26,196 nucleotides of DNA, taken from Candidatus Krumholzibacteriia bacterium (GTDB taxonomy: Bacteria > Krumholzibacteriota > Krumholzibacteriia > LZORAL124-64-63). The notes under the pieces are model-generated. The model made no database searches, was not told the DNA's origin, and was given only the letters and a program-made list of their open reading frames with translations. The stretch lies in assembly GCA_046484865.1 (NCBI GenBank), contig JAWOID010000115.1, positions 1 to 26,196 of the forward strand, written 5' to 3'. A program made the translations under genes and the position numbers. The stretch's first letter is position 1, and each line of letters starts with the position of its first letter. Below, piece by piece: positions 1 to 7,687 of the stretch.

Positions 1-427
1 TCCAGGTCATGGTCTGCTCTTCCCAGCCGATCCCCGACGTGTAGACGTCACTGCCGCCGGCGCTGCCGGTGTAGCCGAGCAGATCGGCGTTCGTGGTCCA
101 GTGCCCCCAGATCCGCGAGCTGGGGGAGGCGCCGGGTGTGTCGTCGTAGGACCAGAAGCTGGCGGTGACCTGGTCGCCCGCCTGGAGAGCGCCGATGGCG
201 GCCACGTAGACCTGGGGCGTACTGCTCAGCGGGTCCTCGGTCATGTGCAAGGCATAGTTGCCGGTGCGGACGACGTCGGTGACCACTTCGATGACGCCGA
301 TGCTACCGTAGGTGCCGATCGCCGTGGCGACGCCGTCTTCCCAGCCATAGGTCCGGGTCTGCTGGGCGGAAGCGCTGACTGCGACCGCGAGCATGAGCAG
401 GCAGGTGATCGTTAGCTTCATGTCCAT
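1..427 (-). CDS. Secreted hypothetical protein, N-terminal part only (runs off the left edge); possible beta-sandwich/CBM-like domain
   Basis: Not in the ORF track because it is truncated. Hand translation from ATG 427 (alternative ATG 421), preceded by GAAGGAGA: MDMKLTITCLLMLAVAVSASA-QQTRTYGWEDGVATAIGTYGS...GDQVTASFWSYDDTPGASPSSRIWGHW...SGIGWEEQTMTW. It is open to the window edge and has a Sec signal peptide with an A-S-A cleavage site. Confidence 0.85.
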   Translation of the reverse strand, partial: MDMKLTITCLLMLAVAVSASAQQTRTYGWEDGVATAIGTYGSIGVIEVVTDVVRTGNYALHMTEDPLSSTPQVYVAAIGALQAGDQVTASFWSYDDTPGASPSSRIWGHWTTNADLLGYTGSAGGSDVYTSGIGWEEQTMTW

Positions 428-613
428 TGTCTCCTTCGGGTGGTGTGCATTCGTGCATGCCCGCGAGCGGACAGCGATCGCGCATCCGCAGGAACGACGC
501 CGCGGCCGCCCGTAGGACGTCAGGGGCCCGAGTTGATCCGGCGAACGCGACCCGGCGCGAAGAAATCAAGAATCGTTCTCAGAACTCATCATCGCGTCTG
601 ACCGGGCAAAGCA

Positions 614-642
614 AGTGTAATAGCCGCGCGGAAAACTTTCAA
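614..642 (-). promoter_or_regulatory. sigma70-type promoter for the secreted-protein gene
   Basis: Minus strand TTGAAA (642-637), 17-nt spacer, TACACT (619-614), in a locally AT-rich patch. Confidence 0.65.
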
Positions 643-663
643 TTCCGCAAATGAGCTCCGAGG

Positions 664-679
664 GGTTTCCCGTGAAACA
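664..679. other. parS-like palindrome (candidate ParB loading site)
   Basis: GGTTTCCCGTGAAACA matches the chromosomal parS consensus TGTTTCACGTGAAACA at 14/16 positions and is intergenic. Confidence 0.55.
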
Positions 680-700
680 GGCGAATCGCCTGCGAGCGGC

Positions 701-737
701 ACAGAAGGGAGGCCCCGGCGTCGAGCCAGGGCCTCCC
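701..737 (-). terminator. Intrinsic terminator downstream of the S41/LolA-like operon
   Basis: Minus strand GGGAGGCCC-TGGC-TCGAC-GCCG-GGGCCTCCC hairpin (737-707) followed by TTCTGT, about 40 nt after the stop at 776. The U-tract is short. Confidence 0.65.
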
Positions 738-775
738 CGGAGTGGCCGAGCAGATGTTCGCCTTGCCGGCCGGGG

Positions 776-1579
776 TCATTGCTCCGCGGCCGCGGCCTGC
801 TCCTCGATGAGTGCCTGCACCGGCGCGGGCGGCGCGAAGGCGTCGTCCGGCAGCGCCACGTTGTGCTGCACGTCGTCCACGGTCGTCACCAGTTCCTGCA
901 CGCTCATGTCGATCGTGGCGTGCGTGGGGATCAGGATGCCGTCGAAGTCCTGGTAGTCGGACACGGTGGTTTCCACCGGGATCTCGCCCATCTGGGTGGG
1001 CTGCACCTGGACGGTCTTGATCAGGATTCCGCTCTCGGCATCGTAGTAACGCGTCTCGACGCGGCCCTCCGTGGGCGTCATCTCCACGGCATAGGCCTTC
1101 CGGTCGTCCACCGCCTGCGCTCCCAGGGTCTTCACCGATTCGTACAGCTCGCGCCACTTCAGCTCGGAGTTGAAGACCGCCTGACGGTGCGCCATGGCGG
1201 CCTCCTCGCCTTCCAGCAGCCGGGCGCCGGTCATCGGGTTCAATTCCCACGCCGTCTCGCCGGTGTAGCCGCTCTCGATGGTGCCGATGCCCGGCAGTTC
1301 CACCGTCATGCGCATGCGGTCGGGGGCCGCCTGGCGGATGGTCATCTGTCCGGTCATGCCCATGGCCGGCATGCCGAACGTACCGGTGACGAGGCGATTC
1401 TCGAGCTTGCCGTAGGCGTCGGCGCCGCCGGTGGCCTCGACGTAGCGGTCCAGGATCTCTTCGGCTGCCGGCAGGTCGTCGGTTGCGCCCGCCAGTGCGG
1501 GCGCGATCAGCGCCACGAGCGCTGCGGTCGCCGCCACGCGCAGGGCGAGGCGGACCGGGGTCGGCTGCTTGGTCGACAT
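776..1579 (-). CDS. Exported LolA-like / outer-membrane lipoprotein-sorting-type (DUF620-like) protein
   Basis: Signal peptide (RLALRVAATAALVALIAPALA), then the LPAAEEILDRYVEATGGADA motif and YYDAESGIL...SDYQDFDGILIP, typical of LolA-fold beta-rich periplasmic proteins. Start moved to ATG 1579, which lies 5 nt after AAAGGA and just after the upstream stop. Confidence 0.7.
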   Translation of the reverse strand: MSTKQPTPVRLALRVAATAALVALIAPALAGATDDLPAAEEILDRYVEATGGADAYGKLENRLVTGTFGMPAMGMTGQMTIRQAAPDRMRMTVELPGIGTIESGYTGETAWELNPMTGARLLEGEEAAMAHRQAVFNSELKWRELYESVKTLGAQAVDDRKAYAVEMTPTEGRVETRYYDAESGILIKTVQVQPTQMGEIPVETTVSDYQDFDGILIPTHATIDMSVQELVTTVDDVQHNVALPDDAFAPPAPVQALIEEQAAAAEQ

Positions 1580-1581
1580 GA

Positions 1582-3051
1582 TCATCCTTTCTGTCGTTCC
1601 CTGACGATCCACTCCACCGCCGCGCGGACCACCGGGTCGTGACCTGCGAGCAGGGCATCCCGGTCCGGCGGCACCACCTCGTCCGGCGTGACGCCGCGCC
1701 CCTCCAGGGCCTCGCCGCCGGCGCTCACGTAGTTGGCGAACGCGTACTGGAAGCCGTCGCCGCTGGGCAGGCGAGCGATGATCGACGGCAGCGCGGCGCC
1801 CGGCGTGGGGGTGCCGAAGACGCGGGCGCGGCCGAGGTCCTGCAGGCCGCCGGCGAGGATCTCGGCGGTGGACATGCTCAGGCCGTCGACCAGCACGGCC
1901 ACCGGCCCCGCGAAGTGCGGGCGGCGGGCGTTCACCACGAAGTTCAACTCCATGTCGCGGGTCTTCAGCGTGCCCAGGCGCTGGCCAGGCCCGTCCACGA
2001 GGAAGCCTGCGACCCCCATCGCCATCGCGCCGATGCCGCCGAAGTTCCCGCGCAGGTCGATGATCAGGCCGGCCGCGTCCTCGTATTCGGCCACCGCCGC
2101 CTGGAACGCGCCCATGATCCGCACGGGGTCCAGGAAGAAGTTGAAGCGGATATATCCCACGCCTTCGATGCCGGCGGGGTCGGGCGTCCGTCCGTCTCCG
2201 GCGACGGCATCGGTGTGCAGCGGCAGCCGCCGCTGCAGGAACCAGACGTCCTGCGCCGGCAGGTTGCCCAGCCCCATGCGTTCGCCGGGCGCCGCGCCCA
2301 GCGGCAGCGCGACTGGAATGACGTCGGCGCCGGCGGCGATCGCCACCACGGACAGGGTATCGCCCCGGTCGCCCGCGAGGAGATTGTGCAGCGTGCGGTT
2401 GAGCAGCACGTTCAGGTGAGCCGCGTCGTGCTCCGCGTCGGCCAGGGAGGCGGACACGCGCGCCAGCAGCGAGTCCACCGACCGGCCGTTCACGCGATCC
2501 AGCAGCCAGCCGGGCTGCAGTCTTCCCGCGGCCGTGCCCTCGGGGTGCACGAAGGTCACGAGGGCACGGCCCTCGTGCACGCGCAGTTCCAGGCCGGCAT
2601 CGCCGTCGCCGTCCACGCCCCCGTCACCGTCTGCGCCCTCGTCATCGCCCAGGTCACCCTCGATGGCGGCGTACGCCTCGGCGGGGATGATCCCGAAGTG
2701 CGACTGCCGCAGACGGTCGAGCAGCTCGATCATCGGGGCGCGTGCCTCCTGCCGCGTCTGCGCTGCCGCCACGCGGGGCCGCAGTTCCTCGCGCGCGCCG
2801 GTCCAGTCCACGCCGCCGAGATCGGGTTCCCAGTGCTTGTCCAGCACCGTCCGCCAGACGACGTCGAAGCTGGCCAGGAACGAGTCGCGCTCGGCAGGGG
2901 CGAGTCCGGCGTCGGGCACGCGGTCGCCGCCGTCGGCTGCGCGGGAGTCGGCTCCGGGCTTCCCGGCGGTACCGCCGCAACCCGCCAGGATCGCCGCCAG
3001 CAGCACGGTGAGTATCGACGCTCCGCAGGTGATTCTCGGTCGATCGGGCAC
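1582..3051 (-). CDS. S41 family peptidase, lipoprotein with PDZ-like domain
   Basis: Lipobox LAG-C; motifs GYIRFNFF, LIIDLRGNFGG, VAVLVDGLSMSTAEILAGGLQDLGRARVFG and LEGRGVTPD; GTG start after GAAGGAG. Confidence 0.9.
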   Translation of the reverse strand: MPDRPRITCGASILTVLLAAILAGCGGTAGKPGADSRAADGGDRVPDAGLAPAERDSFLASFDVVWRTVLDKHWEPDLGGVDWTGAREELRPRVAAAQTRQEARAPMIELLDRLRQSHFGIIPAEAYAAIEGDLGDDEGADGDGGVDGDGDAGLELRVHEGRALVTFVHPEGTAAGRLQPGWLLDRVNGRSVDSLLARVSASLADAEHDAAHLNVLLNRTLHNLLAGDRGDTLSVVAIAAGADVIPVALPLGAAPGERMGLGNLPAQDVWFLQRRLPLHTDAVAGDGRTPDPAGIEGVGYIRFNFFLDPVRIMGAFQAAVAEYEDAAGLIIDLRGNFGGIGAMAMGVAGFLVDGPGQRLGTLKTRDMELNFVVNARRPHFAGPVAVLVDGLSMSTAEILAGGLQDLGRARVFGTPTPGAALPSIIARLPSGDGFQYAFANYVSAGGEALEGRGVTPDEVVPPDRDALLAGHDPVVRAAVEWIVRERQKG

Positions 3052-3114
3052 TCCGGACTCCTTCCTGGCGGATGATCCCGCCCGCTGTGATCGCCGGCTC
3101 GTTGCCGGCGATGG

Positions 3115-3143
3115 ATCATAGTGGGGCGGTTGTCGCCAGGCAA
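3115..3143 (-). promoter_or_regulatory. sigma70-type promoter for the S41 operon
   Basis: Minus strand TTGCCT (3143-3138), 17 nt, TATGAT (3120-3115). Confidence 0.6.
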
Positions 3144-3281
3144 CCTCCGCCGCGGCGTCCGGGGGGCACCGAGCGCGAATTGCCCGGCCGTCGTCCTTCG
3201 ACGACCGCCGCCCTCGCCAGGTTGCAGGAAGCTCGCCGGCGTGCTCGCCGACTGCGCGCAGCCCGTCGCGAGGACTTGCCC

Positions 3282-3310
3282 TTGTCCATCACGAGCGGCC
3301 GTGGCAGTCT
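3282..3310 (+). promoter_or_regulatory. Possible promoter for adenosine deaminase
   Basis: TTGTCC (3282-3287), 17 nt, CAGTCT (3305-3310), with an extended -10 TG. The -10 element is imperfect. Confidence 0.35.
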
Positions 3311-3350
3311 ACGTCACGAGTCGCCCTTCACCTGTGAACCGGAGAATTCC

Positions 3351-4625
3351 ATGTCGAACGCCCCGCGGACCGCCGGACAGCCCGAGATCACCGAGGACCT
3401 CGTCCGCGCCCTGCCCAAGACGGACCTGCACGTGCATCTGGACGGCTCGCTGCGCATGGAGACGCTCATCGACCTGGCGCGACAGCGGCAGGTGGAACTC
3501 CCGTCGTACACCCCGGAGGGGCTGGGCGAGCTGGTCTTCAAGGAGCGCTACGCCAACCTGGGCGAGTACCTGGTGGGCTTCCAGTACACGACGGCCGTGC
3601 TGCGCGACCCCGAAGCCCTCGAGCGCGTGGCCTACGAGCTGGCCCGCGACAACCAGGAGGAGGGTGTACGCTACATCGAGGTACGCTTCGCCCCTCAACT
3701 GCACGTGCTCGACGGCCTCGACGTGCAGGAGGTCTGCGCCGCGGTGGACCACGGTCTGTCACGCGCCGCCGCCGAGTTCAACGCGGGCGAAGCGGTGAGG
3801 GACGGGCGGGAACCCGCGTTCCACTACGGCCTCATCGTCTGCGCCATGCGCATGTTCACCGGCGCCATGTCGACCTACTTCCGCCAGCTGCTGACAGTGC
3901 ACAGCGAGTCGCCCCACGGGCGCGTGGCGGGGCTCGCCTCCCTGGAACTGGCGCGCGCCGCCGTGCGGGTGCGCGACGAGAGCGGGCTGCCGATCGTCGC
4001 CTTCGATCTTGCGGGGCAGGAGAACGGCTATCCCGCCATCGACCACGTGGAGGCCTACCGGTTCGCCCACCGGCACTTCCTGAACAAGACCGTGCACGCG
4101 GGAGAGGCCTACGGACCGGAGTCCATCTTCCAGGCGATCACCGCCCTGCACGCCGACCGCATCGGGCACGGTTACCACCTGTTCAGCCGGCAACTGGTCG
4201 ACCGCGGCAAGGTGGCCGACCCCGATGCCTACGTCACCGCGCTCGCGGAGTACATCGCCGATCGCCGCACCTGCCTGGAGGTGTGCATCACCAGCAACCT
4301 GCAGACGAACCCGGATCTGCAGGCGGCGGAGCAGCACCCGTTCCGCGAGATGCTGAAGCGGAAGCTTTCGGTCACGCTGTGCACCGACAACCGGCTGATC
4401 TCTCGCACCTCCGTCACCCGGGAGATCCTGCAGGCGGTGCAGGCGTTCGGGCTCGACCTGCGCGACCTCAAGAACGTGGTGATCTACGGGTTCAAGCGCA
4501 GCTTCTTCCCGGGTACCTACATGGAGAAGCGCAGCTACGTGCGCCAGGCGGCCGATCACTACGAGCAGGTGGAACGCGCCGCGCTCCCCGGGCAGTCCGC
4601 GACGCCCCGGCCGAGCACCGATTGA
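3351..4625 (+). CDS. add: Adenosine deaminase family protein (amidohydrolase superfamily)
   Basis: Motifs LPKTDLHVHLDGS, YIEVRFAP, FDLAGQE, TVHAGEAYG, RIGHG, LEVCITSN and CTDNRL. Real start is ATG 3351 after GGAGA; the ORF-track extension to 3072 looks non-coding. Confidence 0.9.
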   Translation: MSNAPRTAGQPEITEDLVRALPKTDLHVHLDGSLRMETLIDLARQRQVELPSYTPEGLGELVFKERYANLGEYLVGFQYTTAVLRDPEALERVAYELARDNQEEGVRYIEVRFAPQLHVLDGLDVQEVCAAVDHGLSRAAAEFNAGEAVRDGREPAFHYGLIVCAMRMFTGAMSTYFRQLLTVHSESPHGRVAGLASLELARAAVRVRDESGLPIVAFDLAGQENGYPAIDHVEAYRFAHRHFLNKTVHAGEAYGPESIFQAITALHADRIGHGYHLFSRQLVDRGKVADPDAYVTALAEYIADRRTCLEVCITSNLQTNPDLQAAEQHPFREMLKRKLSVTLCTDNRLISRTSVTREILQAVQAFGLDLRDLKNVVIYGFKRSFFPGTYMEKRSYVRQAADHYEQVERAALPGQSATPRPSTD

Positions 4626-4688
4626 CGCCGTCGCGCCGGCGGTGAACGGCGCCGGCCTGAACCGCCCGGCCGGCGTCCGCCTCCCGGG

Positions 4689-6338
4689 CTAGCCGGCCTC
4701 CTTGCGATAGATCGCCGCCGCCGAGCGCTCGAGCCGGACGGTGAACGCACCCTCGATCTGGTGCAGGTCGCCGGTCAGGAGATCCCGCCATGGCCCGGGC
4801 CGCGGGAACAGGATCTCCACGCTCTCCGCCTGCGGCGCGAAGTTGAACGCCGCCACCACCTCGCCGCCCGCCTCGTCCCAGCGATGCAGGACGCCGACCT
4901 TCCGATCCTGCTCCGCCTGCATGATCCGCAGGTGGGGCGACCGCAGGCACGGGTTCTCGCGACGGATGCGCACCAGTTCGCGGTATCGATCGAACAGCCG
5001 GCGCGGGCCGGCCTCCGCCAGCCGTTCCCACTGCAGCGGCGTGCCGTCCGGGGTCTTCTCCGAGTCTTCGCCCCACTCCTGACCGGCCCACAGCATGGGC
5101 TCGCCCGACAGCGTGAACAGGATGGCCGCGGCCAGCGCCGACTTGGCCAGGGCCGCGTCGGGTTCGAGCCCGCAGTCCACCAGGTGCCGGACCAGGCGCG
5201 GCTCGTCGTGGCTCTCGGCCAGGTTCACCGACTCCCATGGCCACGAGTAGCCGTGCGCGCGGGGGTCCAGCTGGCCGAACGCGCTGCCGAAGTCGTCGTA
5301 GCGTTCGCCGTGGCAGCGCCCCTCCGCCAGCAGGTGCTTCAGGATGTGGGCCAGACCGATGTGCCACGCGGCCGATAGCTCGGTCTGAGCCACCGCTTCC
5401 TGATCCTCCGGGTTGTACTCCGCCACGAGGTAGCCGTCGGGCAACAGCTCCCTCGCGGTGCGCGCCAGGTAAGGCACGCCCCGTTCGCCGTCCCGTCCGA
5501 CCCCGTGCAGGTAGTCGAAGCGGAAGCCGTCCACGTGGAACTCGTGCACCCAGTGCCCGATCACGTCGCGGACCAGGCGCTCCGTGGCCGGCTTCGTGTA
5601 GTCGAGCATGGGGAAGCCGAACTGGTTGATCTCGCCCAGGCCGTCGCCGTACCAGGGGCTCTCCTCGTAGAGGTAGAGGTCCAGCAGGGGGCATTGGTGG
5701 CCGGTGTGGCTGAGCACGAGGTCGAGGATCACCGCGATGCCGCGCTGGTGGGCCGCGTCCACGAGCGCACGCAGGTCGTCGGGCTCGCCGTAGCTGGTCT
5801 CCACCGCGAACGGGTAGGATGGATTGTAGCCCCAGTCGCCGCGGCCGGCGTACTCCATCACCGGGAGCAGTTCCAGGCAGTTCACGCCCAGATCCACCAG
5901 GTGATCGAGCCGGTCCTGGACGCCGCGGAAGGTGGGCGTGGTTCCGAACGAGGCCACGTGCAACTCGTAGATCACGATGTCCTGGAGCGGCGGCCGCTGG
6001 AAGCCCTTGTCGCGCCAGCGGTATGGTTCGCGGCCGGGCTCCACGAGGGCTCGCGGCGGGCCCTCCTCGGCGCCGTCGAGCAGCCGGTGGGCGTAGGGAT
6101 CGGCGATCAGCAGGTCGCCATCGACGCGGAACTGGTACTCGTGCCGACCGCTGCCCAGGCGCTTGCGCAAGCGCCACACGCCGTCGTCGTCCGGCTGCAG
6201 GTGATCGGCGTCCGGCTCCCAGTCGTTGAACGAGCCGACCACCGCCACCGAGCCCTTGCCCGGCGCGAAGAGCGCGAACTCCACCGTCTGGGAGTCCACC
6301 ACCGTGGACCCGAGCCTCACGACCGGACTGTCGCTCAT
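4689..6338 (-). CDS. Cytoplasmic alpha-amylase family (GH13) enzyme with N-terminal CBM48; branching-enzyme/TreZ-like
   Basis: CBM48 (FALFAPGKGSVAVVGSFNDW...HEYQFRVDG), IYELHV, LGVNCLELLPV, WGYNP. Catalytic triad present in DGFRFD, VAEY and ESHDE. Start ATG 6338 after AAGGAGG; no signal peptide. Confidence 0.9.
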   Translation of the reverse strand: MSDSPVVRLGSTVVDSQTVEFALFAPGKGSVAVVGSFNDWEPDADHLQPDDDGVWRLRKRLGSGRHEYQFRVDGDLLIADPYAHRLLDGAEEGPPRALVEPGREPYRWRDKGFQRPPLQDIVIYELHVASFGTTPTFRGVQDRLDHLVDLGVNCLELLPVMEYAGRGDWGYNPSYPFAVETSYGEPDDLRALVDAAHQRGIAVILDLVLSHTGHQCPLLDLYLYEESPWYGDGLGEINQFGFPMLDYTKPATERLVRDVIGHWVHEFHVDGFRFDYLHGVGRDGERGVPYLARTARELLPDGYLVAEYNPEDQEAVAQTELSAAWHIGLAHILKHLLAEGRCHGERYDDFGSAFGQLDPRAHGYSWPWESVNLAESHDEPRLVRHLVDCGLEPDAALAKSALAAAILFTLSGEPMLWAGQEWGEDSEKTPDGTPLQWERLAEAGPRRLFDRYRELVRIRRENPCLRSPHLRIMQAEQDRKVGVLHRWDEAGGEVVAAFNFAPQAESVEILFPRPGPWRDLLTGDLHQIEGAFTVRLERSAAAIYRKEAG

Positions 6339-6363
6339 GGTGTCCTCCTTTGGCCCCCGCGAC

Positions 6364-6372
6364 ACGATAGCA
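6364..6372 (-). promoter_or_regulatory. Extended -10 promoter for the GH13 gene
   Basis: Minus strand TG-C-TATCGT about 14 nt upstream of the AAGGAGG RBS; no clear -35. Confidence 0.4.
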
Positions 6373-6441
6373 CCGGCAGCCGTGCTGCCGCCGCTCGCGG
6401 GCCATCCGGGACCGGCGCGGCCCCGGCCGGCGACCCGCGTC

Positions 6442-6470
6442 TTGACGCATGTGCGGCCGCCGTCTAGGTT
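6442..6470 (+). promoter_or_regulatory. sigma70-type promoter at the head of the glycosylation cluster
   Basis: TTGACG (6442-6447), 17 nt, TAGGTT (6465-6470). Confidence 0.65.
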
Positions 6471-6514
6471 TCTCGGCGGAAACCATGTGACCGCAACGTC
6501 TTGGAGGCGCTCCG

Positions 6515-7687
6515 CTGAGGATCCTGGCCGTCAACTGGCGCGATGTCGGCGACCCTCTCGGTGGAGGCGCCGAGCAGCACCTGCACCACATCCTCTCTGC
6601 CGCAGCCGCCGCCGGCCACCGGGTGGATCTCGTGGTCTCGGCCTACGCGGGCGCACCCGCACGGGACGAGATCGACGGCGTGCAGATTCACCGGCACGGC
6701 CCCTGGCAGGTGGCCAACTGGGTGCTGCCGAGGGTCGTCCGCGGTCTGCTCCGCAGGGCGCGCCGGTCGGGCACGCCGTACGACCTGCTGGTGGAGGACA
6801 TCAACAAGATCCCGTTCTACACGCCGCTGTATCGCGACGGGGTGCCGGTCTTGGCGGTGGTGCCTCACCTCTTCGGCCGCACGGTCTTTCGCGAGGCCAG
6901 CGCACCCGTGGCCGCCTACGTCCACGCAGCCGAGCTGCTGATCCCGGTCGTCTACCGGCGGTGTGCGTTCGAGGTGATCAGCCCCTCCACCCGCGACGAT
7001 CTGGTGGCTCGCGGGATCCCCGCCGCGCAGATCCGCACCGTCTACTGCGGTCTCGAGCACGCGCGTTTCGCGCTGCCCGAGCCTCCGCCGCGCTCCGGAA
7101 CGCCGCTGCTGGTGACGTGGAGCCGGCTGCGTCGCTACAAGAGCGTCGACGTCGCCCTGCGCGCGTTCGCCCGCGTGCGGGCGGAGTTGCCCGACGCGCG
7201 CCTGGAGATCATGGGCCGCGGTCCCGACGAGCGGCGCCTGCGCCGCATCGCCGCCGAGCTCGGCCTGGGCGGGAGCGTGGCCTTCCGCGGCTTTCTGCCG
7301 TGGGAGGACCTCGTCGGGGTGCTGCATCGCGCCCACGTCTTCCTCAATCCCAGCCCCAAGGAGGGATGGGGCCTGACCGTCGTCGAGGCCAACGCCTGCG
7401 GCTTGCCGGTGGTGGCCAGCGACGCGCCGGGCCTGCGCGACTCGGTGCGGGACGGCCTCACTGGTGATCTGGTTCCCGTGGACGACGACGCCGCTTTCGC
7501 CGCGGCGGCGCTGCGGCTGCTGCGCGATCCGGAACTGTGGCGCCGCCGCAGCGAGGCGGCTCGTCGCTGGGCCCGGGTGTTCCAGTGGCGGACCTGCGCA
7601 GAGCAATCGCTGGCGATCTTCGAGGCGGTGGCCGCCAGGCGGCCGCTGCCCCCGATCCCCGATCCCACCGCGGAGGTCTCCGGGTGA
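6515..7687 (+). CDS. Glycosyltransferase family 4 (GT-B), apparently starting at CTG
   Basis: The frame upstream of the ORF-track GTG (6623) reads (M)RILAVNWRDVGDPLGGGAEQHLHHIL, a canonical GT4 N-terminus. C-terminal motif PSPKEGWGLTVVEANACGLPVVASDAPGL. GGAGG at 6503-6507 lies 7 nt before CTG 6515, and there is an in-frame TGA at 6488. Confidence 0.88.
   Translation: MRILAVNWRDVGDPLGGGAEQHLHHILSAAAAAGHRVDLVVSAYAGAPARDEIDGVQIHRHGPWQVANWVLPRVVRGLLRRARRSGTPYDLLVEDINKIPFYTPLYRDGVPVLAVVPHLFGRTVFREASAPVAAYVHAAELLIPVVYRRCAFEVISPSTRDDLVARGIPAAQIRTVYCGLEHARFALPEPPPRSGTPLLVTWSRLRRYKSVDVALRAFARVRAELPDARLEIMGRGPDERRLRRIAAELGLGGSVAFRGFLPWEDLVGVLHRAHVFLNPSPKEGWGLTVVEANACGLPVVASDAPGLRDSVRDGLTGDLVPVDDDAAFAAAALRLLRDPELWRRRSEAARRWARVFQWRTCAEQSLAIFEAVAARRPLPPIPDPTAEVSG

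Noticed and set aside
3072..3350. 93-aa N-terminal extension of adenosine deaminase
   Set aside because: It spans the divergent promoter region and has no ADA-like content; there is a good RBS before ATG 3351.
4626..4688. GC stem (GCCGGCG/CGCCGGC) between the convergent add and GH13 genes as a bidirectional terminator
   Set aside because: No U-tract on either side, and such stems are expected by chance at this GC content.
4689..6338. Calling the GH13 enzyme glgB or treZ, or linking it to the glycan cluster
   Set aside because: Motifs establish CBM48-GH13 but not the subfamily. It is divergently transcribed with no glg/tre neighbours, so neither a gene symbol nor a functional link is supported.
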